From Psychrobacter sp. DM4 (GTDB lineage Bacteria > Pseudomonadota > Gammaproteobacteria > Pseudomonadales > Moraxellaceae), in the NCBI RefSeq assembly GCF_051307035.1, contig NZ_CP195536.1:2580001-2612000 (forward strand): a stretch of DNA of 32,000 bases, read 5' to 3'. The notes under the pieces are model-generated. The model was not told the DNA's origin. It was given only the letters and a program-made list of their open reading frames with translations, and did not search any database. Positions 17,360 through 26,677 of this stretch are shown here, one piece after another (the first letter of the stretch is position 1; the number at the start of each line of letters is the position of its first letter). Position numbers and translations under genes: made by a program.

Positions 17360-18301
17360 ATGCACGCTGTATTTTTGGATAAAGGCACTTTCTCTGAGGG
17401 CATCGACTTGCCAGCGCCAGCTGGTATTACAGACTATATCACCTATGATGAGACGCCAAATGATACCAAGACCATCGCCCAGCGCTGTAGTGATGCTGAT
17501 ATTATCATCGCTAATAAAGTTAAGATCTCAGCTAAAGTCATCGCGCAATTGCCCAAGCTTAAGCTGATTCAATTGACGGCTACGGGTATGAATAATGTCG
17601 ATCAACAGGCTTGCATGGCTCATGATGTTACTTTATATAACGTTGCAGGTTATGCGGTCAAAAGCGTCCCTGAGCATACCTTTATGCTGATGCTCAATGC
17701 GATGCGCGGTGGTATTTATTATCATCAAAAAGCTGCGGATGGTACTTGGCGTGACAATGGTAATTTTTGTTTATTAGATACTGCGCTTATAGACTTAGAA
17801 GATAAAACGCTCGGTATCATCGGGGTAGGCACTATTGGCAAACGCGTCACTGAGATTGCGCGTGCTTTTGGTATGAGAGTATTGTGGGCCGAGCATCAAG
17901 GACGTACGCCGCGTAACGCCGAGTACATGGCGTTCGATGACGTCTTGGCTACAGCAGATGTTATTAGCCTACATTGTCCGCTAAACGAAGATACCCAGCA
18001 TCTGATTAATGTAAATACACTAGCAAAGATGACTAAGCGGCCTCTACTAGTAAACGTGGCGCGCGGCGGTATCGTTGATACTCGAGCCTTGGCGGATGCG
18101 CTAAGCGGCGAGCAAATTATCGGCTACGCAAGCGATGTCTTTGAACAAGAGCCTATCGCCGCCGATGATCCCTTGCTGGATTTTAGCACTCATCCACGCG
18201 TTATCTTTAGTCCGCACAATGCTTGGGGCAGTAAAAGTGCTCAAGAGACACTATGGCAAATATTGAGCACACAAGTCGCTGAGTTTATTAAAAAATCTTA
18301 A
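17360..18301 (+). CDS. D-isomer-specific 2-hydroxyacid dehydrogenase (glycerate/hydroxypyruvate reductase-like)
   Basis: NAD-binding motif GIIGVGTIGKRV. Conserved VNVARGG and the C-terminal His context SPHNAWGS. AAGGA Shine-Dalgarno 6 nt upstream. Confidence 0.85.
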   Translation: MHAVFLDKGTFSEGIDLPAPAGITDYITYDETPNDTKTIAQRCSDADIIIANKVKISAKVIAQLPKLKLIQLTATGMNNVDQQACMAHDVTLYNVAGYAVKSVPEHTFMLMLNAMRGGIYYHQKAADGTWRDNGNFCLLDTALIDLEDKTLGIIGVGTIGKRVTEIARAFGMRVLWAEHQGRTPRNAEYMAFDDVLATADVISLHCPLNEDTQHLINVNTLAKMTKRPLLVNVARGGIVDTRALADALSGEQIIGYASDVFEQEPIAADDPLLDFSTHPRVIFSPHNAWGSKSAQETLWQILSTQVAEFIKKS

Positions 18302-19908
18302 CGAGTGAAGTGTAACCAGTCATCTTTGATGCGGCGGTATTTGAGCATAATACGATCGCTTAGATAGTTGCTAGTCACCTGCCAAGGATAGCGATCGCCT
18401 TGTTTGGGCAACTCATCTTTGCCGCGGCGAATGTAGCCCGCTGACAGTGAGCCCATGATTGTATCCTCTTGTACTTGTACATGTTTGCCATCACCATTAG
18501 CGATTGGTAGTGCCGTACGGTAATCATGTTTTTTCATATACTTGAATAAACGCAGCAAATACTGACAAGCTAGATCTACTTTTAGCGTCCACGAGGCATT
18601 GGTATAACCAAAGATGACAGCCATATTGGGGATGTTCTCAATCATTACGGCTTTGTAAGTCATACGCGCGCCAATATCGATAGGCTCACCATCAATGAAT
18701 ACACGTGCGCCGCCGAGCATCTGTAACTTAAGCCCTGTCGCTGAGATAATAATATCGGCGTCAATGTGCTGACCTGATTTAAGCAAGATGCCCTGCTTGG
18801 TAAAATGATCGATATGATCAGTGACAATATCAGCGCGCGACCCTTGTAGCGCTAAAAACAGATCGCTATCGGGTACCGCGCATAGGCGCTCCTCCCACGG
18901 ATTATAATCAGGCAAAAAGTGATCAACACTTACCTGACTGCCTTTGAGTTCTTGCTGAGCCCAATGTTTGAGCAAAGCACGCATAACGCTTGGCGCACGT
19001 ATCGCAAGCTGGTAGACGCCTTGCTGACGTAGAACGTTACGCACGCGCAGCAGCGTGTAGGCTTGCTGTTGCGATAATGGTGAGTACTTAGCAGATAGCC
19101 AATCGATCGCATAGTCGTCTCCTGCTACGCTTGCTACATATGTAGGCGTACGCTGAATCATAGTGACATAACGCGCGCACTGCTCGCTGTCTTCGTCGAC
19201 AAGCGCGGGCATTAGCGTCATCGCTGTCGCGCCGCTGCCTATGATAGCGACATTTTTATCATTATAATTAATATCACTCCAATGCTGCGGATGGACAATC
19301 TGCCCCTCAAAATCCTCTTCTTTGTCAAAGTGGGGCCGATACCCTTGCTCGTAGTCGTAATAACCTGTTGCTCCAATGACAAAATGTGCGGTTAGCGAAA
19401 GCACTTCACCGCTGGCATTATTCTTTATCGCCGCGGTCCACAACTGCGTGTCACTTGACCATGATAGCTGCTCAACCTCGTGCTGATAGCGTATGTGTTC
19501 GATGACGCCGTACTCGCGCGCCGTCTCTTTGATATAGTGTTTGATATCGCCCCCTTCTGCCAGCATACGATGATCCAGCCACGGGCGAAAGCTATAACCG
19601 AAGGTGAGCGCATCAGAATCAGAACGTACGCCGGGGTAAGTGAACAAATCCCAAGTACCACCTAGATCTTCACGTTTTTCTACTACCAAAAAAGACGCTG
19701 TCGACTTTTTATTACCTGCCTTACGATGTTTTTTGGCAGCTTTGCAAGTTTTTTTATTATCGAATAATGACGCTTTGTTTTGTTGCAAATAGCAAGCCGT
19801 ACCAATACCAGCGACGCCTGCTCCAACAATCAATACCTCATAATCTGCTACTGGTGCCTTTTTATTCTCAAAGCGGTTTTTAATTCTCTGTAATATCGCT
19901 GTCATCAT
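18298..19908 (-). CDS. FAD/NAD(P)-dependent flavin monooxygenase, Baeyer-Villiger type
   Basis: FAD motif VGAGVAGIG, GGTWDLFTYPGVRSDS, second dinucleotide motif IIGSGATA, and FEGQIVHPQHW, which fits the BVMO fingerprint F-x-G-x3-H-x3-W. Confidence 0.8.
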   Translation of the reverse strand: MMTAILQRIKNRFENKKAPVADYEVLIVGAGVAGIGTACYLQQNKASLFDNKKTCKAAKKHRKAGNKKSTASFLVVEKREDLGGTWDLFTYPGVRSDSDALTFGYSFRPWLDHRMLAEGGDIKHYIKETAREYGVIEHIRYQHEVEQLSWSSDTQLWTAAIKNNASGEVLSLTAHFVIGATGYYDYEQGYRPHFDKEEDFEGQIVHPQHWSDINYNDKNVAIIGSGATAMTLMPALVDEDSEQCARYVTMIQRTPTYVASVAGDDYAIDWLSAKYSPLSQQQAYTLLRVRNVLRQQGVYQLAIRAPSVMRALLKHWAQQELKGSQVSVDHFLPDYNPWEERLCAVPDSDLFLALQGSRADIVTDHIDHFTKQGILLKSGQHIDADIIISATGLKLQMLGGARVFIDGEPIDIGARMTYKAVMIENIPNMAVIFGYTNASWTLKVDLACQYLLRLFKYMKKHDYRTALPIANGDGKHVQVQEDTIMGSLSAGYIRRGKDELPKQGDRYPWQVTSNYLSDRIMLKYRRIKDDWLHFTR

Positions 19909-20005
19909 TTTAAACCTTATTGTTTTAAGTGTATCTTTTTAAGGGGGACTTTCGCCTCTATTTATAACAAGTATTTAGATATAAAAAATATCTGCATGTA
20001 TAGCT

Positions 20006-20764
20006 TTAAAAGGGACTAGGACTTTCCCAATCCATCCAAGCACCTAGTATAGGATGTTTCAGACGCAGCTGCTCGGCATGCAGATTGAGTCTTGGCGCGA
20101 TAGTCAAGGCGGCGTCTTCAGCATAAATAGGATCACCGATGATAACGTGACCGACGTGCACCATATGTACACGCAACTGATGACTGCGACCCGTTACAGG
20201 CTTTAATTCAACTCGAGTAACGACTTGACCGTCGCACTCCTCAAACGCTACAACCCTGTACAAAGTTAATGCGTGTTTTGACCAGTTAGGATCGACGATA
20301 TGACGCGGCTTGATCGTTGGCTCATAGCGAACAGGTGCTGATATCTCGCCTGTCGCGCCAACCTCTTGCCACTTCCCAAATACTCTTGCTTGATACTTTT
20401 TTTGCGGTAAGCGATCAATGAACTGCTTACTGATGTGAGTTTGTGCTGCTGCATTTTTGGCAAATATCAACAGACCTGAGGTATCCATATCTAAACGATG
20501 GATCAGCTTGACCGCTGGATTTGCGCGCTCAAGCCTTGCCAGCAAGCTTACCTTTAACGTTTTGCCATCGACACTTAACAAACCTGCCGGCTTATCTACT
20601 ACCCAAATATCATCGTCCTCATAAATGGTAATGTCTTTAGCAAACTGTTCAAAAAACTCAAGCGAATAAGCTGCTTCTTGCGCATTAAGAGCTGCAATAT
20701 CGTTATCAGTAAAAAACATAAAAAAGGGTACTTGTATTGGCGTGCATTGAGGTAAGACAGTCAA
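20006..20764 (-). CDS. rluA: RluA-family pseudouridine synthase
   Basis: VVDKPAGLLSV, the catalytic-Asp motif HRLDMDTSGLLIFAKN, and KPVTGRSHQLRVHM...GDPIY, collinear with E. coli RluA. The start is uncertain: TTG at 20764 (track) or ATG at 20719. Neither has a clear Shine-Dalgarno. Confidence 0.82.
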   Translation of the reverse strand: MTVLPQCTPIQVPFFMFFTDNDIAALNAQEAAYSLEFFEQFAKDITIYEDDDIWVVDKPAGLLSVDGKTLKVSLLARLERANPAVKLIHRLDMDTSGLLIFAKNAAAQTHISKQFIDRLPQKKYQARVFGKWQEVGATGEISAPVRYEPTIKPRHIVDPNWSKHALTLYRVVAFEECDGQVVTRVELKPVTGRSHQLRVHMVHVGHVIIGDPIYAEDAALTIAPRLNLHAEQLRLKHPILGAWMDWESPSPF

Positions 20765-21158
20765 AGTTTGATCAAGCTCATGTAGTTTTGAAGTGAACGG
20801 ACGTTAAAGAAAATAAAACAATGTTAAAGAGTAGGACTATAAATAATGCTCTAAAGTACAATGGGCTAGAACTAGAATTAGGAATAAAGCTAGATAGAGT
20901 AGCAAAATATTCATACTCAAGCCTAAACTCATTATGGACAATAGAGAAGACGCAACCTGTGCGCTTATGTTTCAATTTATTGTATCAATAGTAATTGTTG
21001 AATAATTTAACCCGCTTGTGTCTACCAAGAGCGAACAAACATGCTAGTATAACGGCACTATTAAGCAAAATACTTAAGTACTCACATAGCAAAAGATTAA
21101 ATTATGCATTGTATGTACTACAACTGATTTTATAGATTATAAAATAAGAGAGAACCTT

Positions 21159-21485
21159 ATGTCAGACCTAATTGTTAATACAACCGATGCCAATTTTGAC
21201 CAAGATGTACTACAAGCTGACATGCCTGTACTTGTGGATTTTTGGGCCACATGGTGCGGTCCTTGCAAAGCTATTGCCCCTATCTTAGAAGATTTGGCGG
21301 GTGAATATGAAGGCAAGGTCAAAATTGTCAAAGTCGATGTTGACAACAACCCACAAGCTGCAAGTCGCTTCGGTATTCGCAATATCCCAACTTTGTTCGT
21401 CTTTAAAGATGGTGAAAAAGTAGATTCAGTTATGGGTTTACAACCTAAAGGCGAACTAGCTAAAGTATTGGATAAGCATTTGTAA
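21159..21485 (+). CDS. trxA: Thioredoxin 1
   Basis: 108 aa with the active site WCGPCK and a typical TrxA length and sequence (VLVDFWATWCGPCKAIAPILE). Confidence 0.95.
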   Translation: MSDLIVNTTDANFDQDVLQADMPVLVDFWATWCGPCKAIAPILEDLAGEYEGKVKIVKVDVDNNPQAASRFGIRNIPTLFVFKDGEKVDSVMGLQPKGELAKVLDKHL

Positions 21486-21514
21486 GCTTAACTATAAAAG
21501 CGCCATCAAGTCAT

Positions 21515-21552
21515 AAAAAAGCCATTATTTGTCATAAATAATGGCTTTTTTG
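21515..21552 (+). terminator. Rho-independent terminator after trxA
   Basis: Stem GCCATTATTT (21521-21530) pairs with AAATAATGGC (21536-21545), extended by A/T pairs and followed by TTTTTT. Confidence 0.85.
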
Positions 21553-21603
21553 CTTATCTTTTATACAAAATATTCGATTCTATAGATTTTTTAACAAAAA
21601 TAA

Positions 21604-21633
21604 TTGACAATACCCTGCCAATAACCGTATAGT
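21604..21633 (+). promoter_or_regulatory. Candidate sigma-70 promoter for rho
   Basis: TTGACA (21604-21609), an 18-nt spacer, then TATAGT (21628-21633). This implies a leader of about 320 nt before the rho ATG. Confidence 0.55.
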
Positions 21634-21961
21634 CTGCTGACAAGAGAAACGCAGCCGTTTTTCTAGGCTCCTTATCGCTATTCTCTTCGTGTTGTTATAA
21701 AAAGACACAGCTGCCCTCAAGGCAGACAATCACTAAAAAACGATAACTTACGATAACTAGCAAACTCTGCTTTAAGCTATTTTTATTGCCTTGCTTTTTA
21801 TGTTGCCATTGACTGTCATCTGATATAAATCACAAACTATACAAAGCATAATGCTTATTTTGTGCATGCATCCTATTGCTACACTATCCTCGTATTAATC
21901 AACGTTGCGAACTGCGCCGTTACTGGCCCTTTCTGCCCGATAATCTGCTAATGACCTCTCT

Positions 21962-23230
21962 ATGAATTTAACTGAATTAAAGAAAAAATCAATCGCCGAG
22001 CTGTTGGCTATCGCCAAAGAGATGGGTCTTGACAATATGGCGCGTAGCCGTAAACAAGACATCATTTTTGCTATTTTGAAGACTCATGCTCGTAATGGTG
22101 AGGCCATTTATGGTGATGGTGTTTTAGAAGTACTACCAGATGGTTTTGGCTTTTTGCGCTCCTCTGAAGGCTCATATCTAGCAGGACCTGACGACATTTA
22201 TGTCAGCCCAAGCCAGATTCGTAGATTTAGCTTAAAGACGGGTGATAGTATCGCTGGGACTATACGTCCGCCAAAAGATTCTGAACGTTATTTTGCTCTT
22301 CTAAAAGTTGGCGAGATCAACTTTGACACTCCAGATCGTTCACGTCACAAGCTTATATTTGAGAACTTAACGCCTCTGTTTCCAACCGAACAGCTCAAGC
22401 TTGAGCTAGGTAATGGCACTACCGAAGATTTGACTGGCCGCATGATTGATCTGATTGCCCCTATCGGTAAAGGTCAGCGCTCAATCATTGTCGCACCGCC
22501 AAAAGCAGGTAAAACGGTATTACTACAAACTATTGCACAGTCCATTACCCGTAATAACCCTGAATGTTATCTGATTGTACTCTTGATTGATGAGCGGCCA
22601 GAGGAGGTGACTGAAATGGTACGTACGGTACGTGGTGAAGTGGTTGCTTCGACCTTTGATGAGCCGCCCCAGCGCCACGTTCAAGTTGCTGATATGGTTA
22701 TTGAAAAAGCTAAACGCTTGGTTGAGCACAAACAAGACGTTGTTATTCTGCTCGACTCTATCACCCGCCTTGCCCGCGCTTACAATACGGTTATTCCCTC
22801 ATCAGGCAAAGTCTTGACTGGTGGTCTTGACTCCAATGCCTTGGAGCGTCCAAAACGCTTTTTTGGTGCTGCCCGTAACATCGAGGAGGGAGGTAGTTTA
22901 ACGATCATCTCAACTGCCCTTATTGACACAGGCAGTAAAATGGACAGCGTTATCTTTGAGGAGTTCAAAGGTACAGGTAACCAAGAGATTACCCTTGAGC
23001 GTGACTTGGCCGAAAAGCGTGTATTTCCAGCGATTAACATCAAAAAATCAGGAACTCGCCGTGAAGAGCGTTTGATGGATGGGGACACTTTGCGTAAAGT
23101 TTGGATACTACGCAAACTGCTTCAGCCTATGGATGGCGTGCAAGCGACAGAATTCTTGCTGGATCGCTTAAAAGAGGTTAAAACCAATGATGAGTTCTTT
23201 GAAAAGATGAAGCGCAAACCGCAGAGCTAA
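21962..23230 (+). CDS. rho: Transcription termination factor Rho
   Basis: 422 aa with an N-terminal [18 protein letters not shown]-binding domain GFGFLR, Walker A PPKAGKT, and the conserved C-terminal KSGTRREE. Confidence 0.97.
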   Translation: MNLTELKKKSIAELLAIAKEMGLDNMARSRKQDIIFAILKTHARNGEAIYGDGVLEVLPDGFGFLRSSEGSYLAGPDDIYVSPSQIRRFSLKTGDSIAGTIRPPKDSERYFALLKVGEINFDTPDRSRHKLIFENLTPLFPTEQLKLELGNGTTEDLTGRMIDLIAPIGKGQRSIIVAPPKAGKTVLLQTIAQSITRNNPECYLIVLLIDERPEEVTEMVRTVRGEVVASTFDEPPQRHVQVADMVIEKAKRLVEHKQDVVILLDSITRLARAYNTVIPSSGKVLTGGLDSNALERPKRFFGAARNIEEGGSLTIISTALIDTGSKMDSVIFEEFKGTGNQEITLERDLAEKRVFPAINIKKSGTRREERLMDGDTLRKVWILRKLLQPMDGVQATEFLLDRLKEVKTNDEFFEKMKRKPQS

Positions 23231-23261
23231 GGTATTGTTTTTTACTTTGAACAACAAATAA

Positions 23262-23291
23262 AAAAGGACTGTTGATGACAGTCCTTTTTTG
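23262..23291 (+). terminator. Rho-independent terminator after rho
   Basis: AAGGACTGT (23264-23272) pairs with ACAGTCCTT (23278-23286) and is followed by a T-run. Confidence 0.85.
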
Positions 23292-23483
23292 TGTTCACTA
23301 TAAGCCCCTAACTCATTTTGCTGCGACACATGCTGGAAACAACACTTACAGCCTACTATCAAAGATTAGCGTTTTTACTACGACTAGTATAGTCGTAAAA
23401 AGCTACTATTGGCTATAGTAAGTACAAGCTTGGTATTACTATAAGTTCTGTATTCTAATTTTGACACTTTGAGAGGTAACACT

Positions 23484-23717
23484 ATGAAATTCGCAAAATC
23501 TATGGCAATGACCGCAGTAGTAAGCTCGGCTTTAGTTATGACTGGTTGTAACTCAGGTCTATACGGCAACGCTAGTAATACCGCAAAAGGTGCTACTGCT
23601 GGCGCAGCGGCTGGTGCTTTGATTAGAAGTAAAGGCGATAGCAAAGACATTGCTCGCGGCGCACTAGCTGGCGCAGCTATTGGCGGTGCTGGTGGTTATA
23701 TTCTTGACAATAACTAA
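23484..23717 (+). CDS. Small glycine-zipper lipoprotein (YMGG/OsmB-like)
   Basis: Signal peptide plus lipobox VMTGC. Gly/Ala zipper GATAGAAAGAL...GALAGAAIGGAGGY. The start was moved to the ATG at 23484, which has a GAGAGG Shine-Dalgarno 7 nt upstream (track start 23469). Confidence 0.8.
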   Translation: MKFAKSMAMTAVVSSALVMTGCNSGLYGNASNTAKGATAGAAAGALIRSKGDSKDIARGALAGAAIGGAGGYILDNN

Positions 23718-23735
23718 AATTTAGTTATTTATACC

Positions 23736-23767
23736 AAAAAGCCTGCAAATATATTGCAGGCTTTTTT
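23736..23767. terminator. Bidirectional rho-independent terminator between convergent genes
   Basis: GCCTGCAA (23741-23748) pairs with TTGCAGGC (23754-23761). It is flanked by an A-run upstream and a T-run downstream, so it can terminate both the lipoprotein (+) and ypfJ (-) transcripts. Confidence 0.8.
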
Positions 23768-23806
23768 GTGCCAGTTATTACCCTCTTCTATTGAGAGCAA
23801 CTAATG

Positions 23807-24694
23807 TTATAAGCCACCGCTAAAAGTATCGCAGGATTGTAGGTTGCCAGACTCAAGTCCACGGGTGAACCAGTTAACACGCTGTTGACTGCTACCGTGA
23901 GTGAAGTTATCAGGAACCACCGCCCCGCCACTCGCTTGTGCTAGACGATCATCCCCGATTTGACTGGCGGCATTCATCGCCTCATCGATATCTCCAGCCT
24001 CCAAGAACTGTACGCGTTGCTGATTACGATTGGCCCAAACACCCGCAAAGCAGTCAGCTTGTAACTCTTGCAATACAGATAGCTGATTGCCTTGAGTCGC
24101 CGTAACTTGCCGGCGAGCCTCATTCACTTGTTGTGAGATACCGAGTAAAGTTTGAACATGATGACCGACCTCATGTGAGATGACATAAGCCTGCGCAAAG
24201 TCGCCTGCTTTGCCTTGGTTCTCTGTATCCCCTGAGCCTTGCTGGTCGCCACTAATACCTAGATTGCGACGCATCTCAACAAAAAATGAGGTATCTAAAT
24301 AAATGGTTTGATCTCCTGGGCAATAAAAAGGGCCTGTAGCTGAGGTTGCACTGCCGCAAGCAGAGCTAACTTGACCATCGAATAAAGTCAACGACGGCTC
24401 TTTATACGTACTGCCTGCCTCCTCAAATATTTGATGCCATACCTCTTCAGTGTCTGCTAGCACAACTTTGACAAACCGTGTATCACGATCATCTTCAGTA
24501 GCAGGTTGCGTAGAACCTTGAGAACCGCCACCTGTAACTACCTGACCTGTCTGTAACGCGGTCATAGGATTCACACCAAATACAAGCCATAATATACCAG
24601 CGATAATGATACCTCCTATACCGCCCCCTATCATCTTACCGCCGCTGCGACTAGTACGAACATTTGAGCTGCCACGCCTGTTCTGCCATTTCAT
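23807..24694 (-). CDS. ypfJ: YpfJ-family zinc metalloprotease (membrane-anchored)
   Basis: MKWQNRRGSSNV N-terminus, a Gly-rich TM segment, HEVGHHVQ zinc motif, ELQADCFAGVW and FTHGSSQQR, collinear with E. coli YpfJ. The start was moved to the ATG at 24694 (track TTG at 24715). Confidence 0.88.
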   Translation of the reverse strand: MKWQNRRGSSNVRTSRSGGKMIGGGIGGIIIAGILWLVFGVNPMTALQTGQVVTGGGSQGSTQPATEDDRDTRFVKVVLADTEEVWHQIFEEAGSTYKEPSLTLFDGQVSSACGSATSATGPFYCPGDQTIYLDTSFFVEMRRNLGISGDQQGSGDTENQGKAGDFAQAYVISHEVGHHVQTLLGISQQVNEARRQVTATQGNQLSVLQELQADCFAGVWANRNQQRVQFLEAGDIDEAMNAASQIGDDRLAQASGGAVVPDNFTHGSSQQRVNWFTRGLESGNLQSCDTFSGGL

Positions 24695-25154
24695 AATATT
24701 ATTCCCTAAAAACAAGTTGTCAATAATAGGAGAAACTATCTAGTACAGATAAACCACTATATCTGATAGGATAGCCCACATTATTTTTAGTGTCTTTCAG
24801 ACTTGTGTGTTATTTAATCACACTTTATAGGTTGAAAGATTAAATTTGGTAGGTAGAGCTGTCTACAATTACAATAAAAGCTAATTAATAAGCTGTCTTC
24901 TTGTGAGTAAACCCTTATTTATGAATCGTATCTTTTTAACTTAATAAATGATCTTTGATCTACTGTATCTCATGAAATAATTACGCAAAACTATATTGTT
25001 ATTTAATTGTAAATACTATTTCTATTTATATAGAAAAGATATAGAATGCGTGAAAGCTGAGTAGCTGCAACTAAGAGTGGTTGATATTCGACATTACGGG
25101 TATTCAACTTTTTATTGTTGCTATTAAACATTTCATTTTTTTGGAGAATACACT

Positions 25155-25508
25155 ATGAACCTTAAATTACTTGCACTTGCTGGTGTTATGACTGCTGCTA
25201 TGGGCTTAACTGCTTGTGATAGCAATACTGAAAACGCTGCTGAAGATTTATCTGACGCACAAGAAGAAGTACAAGACGCTCAAGAAGAGCTAGCTGAAGG
25301 CATGGCTGACGGTGAAGTTATACCTGCTGATGCTACTGCTGCTGTTGTTGCTGCTGAAGCTGACATTGCTGAAGCGCAAGCTGCTACTGCTACTGATGAG
25401 ATGGATGCCGAAGTACCTATGGACGGCACTACTACTAGCATGGACATCGCTAGCGAAACTGATCCAGCTGTTGCCGCTTCTGACGAAGTTGTTATTGTTG
25501 CCGAATAA
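25155..25508 (+). CDS. Hyper-acidic Ala/Asp/Glu-rich lipoprotein of unknown function
   Basis: Signal peptide with lipobox LTAC (Cys21). The 97-aa mature part has no Lys, Arg or His and, by my count, 28 Asp+Glu. GGAG Shine-Dalgarno 8 nt upstream, and a terminator follows. Confidence 0.7.
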   Translation: MNLKLLALAGVMTAAMGLTACDSNTENAAEDLSDAQEEVQDAQEELAEGMADGEVIPADATAAVVAAEADIAEAQAATATDEMDAEVPMDGTTTSMDIASETDPAVAASDEVVIVAE

Positions 25509-25553
25509 TAGTCGTCATCTTTATTGCTAATTATTGCAATAATGACTACGATA

Positions 25554-25584
25554 CAAAAAAGAGAGCGTAAGCTCTCTTTTTTTG
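25554..25584. terminator. Bidirectional rho-independent terminator
   Basis: AGAGAGC (25560-25566), loop GTAA, GCTCTCT (25571-25577), with an A-run before and a T-run after. It lies between the convergent acidic-lipoprotein (+) and BLUF (-) genes. Confidence 0.8.
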
Positions 25585-25596
25585 CGTCTAAATTTT

Positions 25597-26034
25597 TTAT
25601 TCTTTTTGTGCATTGAGATCGCGCATCAAATCACTTGCTGCCTCAGCACTTAGCAAATACGGGTTAAAATCTATAGTCGTAGAATACTTAAGATAGATGG
25701 CTGCATTATCTTGGGTAGGTGATGCGTAATTCATCGACCATTTTGCCCATTCTCTATGCTTGAGCTCATGAGTCTCGATAACTTGTAAGTCATGATGACG
25801 TTGATCTGCCATCAAACTGTAGAGCAAGCGATTGATTTGTGCTCTTGGCCCTTCGATAGTCTGTAAAAAGTAGTTTTTGTTAAAAATAAGCATACCTGTT
25901 ATGCCATTAGCTGCATTGTTCTCTTGAGCCTGCTGAAGTATTTCATTAAAATCTTTTGCTGACACGTCAGGGTTTGCGCGACTAGCATAAGTCATACTCA
26001 CTAGAATGTGGGCATCTGAAGTTGATTGAACCAT
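25597..26034 (-). CDS. Short BLUF-domain blue-light photoreceptor (paralog 1)
   Basis: 145 aa with the BLUF hallmarks TYASR (Tyr), NGITGMLIF, YFLQTIEG (Gln), DQRH and WAKWSM (Trp/Met). AAGGA Shine-Dalgarno 6 nt upstream. Confidence 0.9.
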   Translation of the reverse strand: MVQSTSDAHILVSMTYASRANPDVSAKDFNEILQQAQENNAANGITGMLIFNKNYFLQTIEGPRAQINRLLYSLMADQRHHDLQVIETHELKHREWAKWSMNYASPTQDNAAIYLKYSTTIDFNPYLLSAEAASDLMRDLNAQKE

Positions 26035-26065
26035 GAGTTGTCCTTTTATATGTTATAAAGTCTAA

Positions 26066-26590
26066 TTAGCTAATTGAGAACCAAGATTTTTTCTTTTTAG
26101 GCGCAGCAAGTGCTTGTTGCTCTTGCTCATCTAACATCGATAATGTATCAATCAATAACATGATTTGGTTGGTGCTCATAAGGTAAGGATTAAACTGTAT
26201 TCCTGTTGAATATTTGAGCGCCAAGCTTTTATTATCGTCGCTTGGAATCAAGTATTTCATCGACCACTTATTCCAGCGTCTTTGTTCAACTTCAGCGCAT
26301 TCAATAATTTGCAATGAGAAATGACGATCATCTTTGACCAGTTTTCGCAATAGCTCATTAATGACAGGTCTAGACCCTTCTATACTTTGCAAAAAATAGT
26401 TATGATTGAATACTAAAGCGCCAGTAATGCCATTACGCTCGTTGTTCTGCTGCGCTTGCGCTAGAATACGAGTGACCTCACCGTTTTCGTTATGGTTGTT
26501 ATAACGACTAATATAAGTGAGGCGTAAGATAATATGTTCGCCATGTAGCCTTTGTGAGTTTTGTGCTTGTGAGAGCTCAGCTAATTCCAT
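26066..26590 (-). CDS. Short BLUF-domain blue-light photoreceptor (paralog 2, longer C-terminal extension)
   Basis: 174 aa with TYISR, NGITGALVF, YFLQSIEG, DDRH and WNKWSM. By eye it is roughly half identical to paralog 1 over the domain. GGAG Shine-Dalgarno 6 nt upstream. Confidence 0.9.
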   Translation of the reverse strand: MELAELSQAQNSQRLHGEHIILRLTYISRYNNHNENGEVTRILAQAQQNNERNGITGALVFNHNYFLQSIEGSRPVINELLRKLVKDDRHFSLQIIECAEVEQRRWNKWSMKYLIPSDDNKSLALKYSTGIQFNPYLMSTNQIMLLIDTLSMLDEQEQQALAAPKKKKSWFSIS

Positions 26591-26677
26591 TAAGTACTCC
26601 AGTTCATTCGATAATACGTGATTGTTGGTTATAGCTAGATGATGCTGTGCTATAAAAGTGCAATTAAGATGCCAGAA

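Noticed and set aside
20778-20975. 65-aa ORF (-) in the rluA/trxA divergent intergenic region
   Set aside because: It lies in an AT-rich promoter region, has no Shine-Dalgarno, and its low-complexity sequence has no recognisable motif. It is most likely a chance ORF.
23377-23400. Hairpin TACGACT-AGTAT-AGTCGTA between the rho terminator and the lipoprotein gene, considered as a terminator or sRNA
   Set aside because: The T-run precedes the stem and the A-run follows it, so neither strand yields a stem followed by a U-tract. The stem is short and there is no further support.
25312-25530. 72-aa ORF (+) encoding a poly-leucine peptide (MKLYLLMLLLLLLLLKLTLL...)
   Set aside because: It is an out-of-frame reading of the GCT/GAA-repeat-rich acidic lipoprotein gene. 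It is a low-complexity artefact with no Shine-Dalgarno, and the overlapping frame has the signal peptide, the lipobox and a good Shine-Dalgarno.
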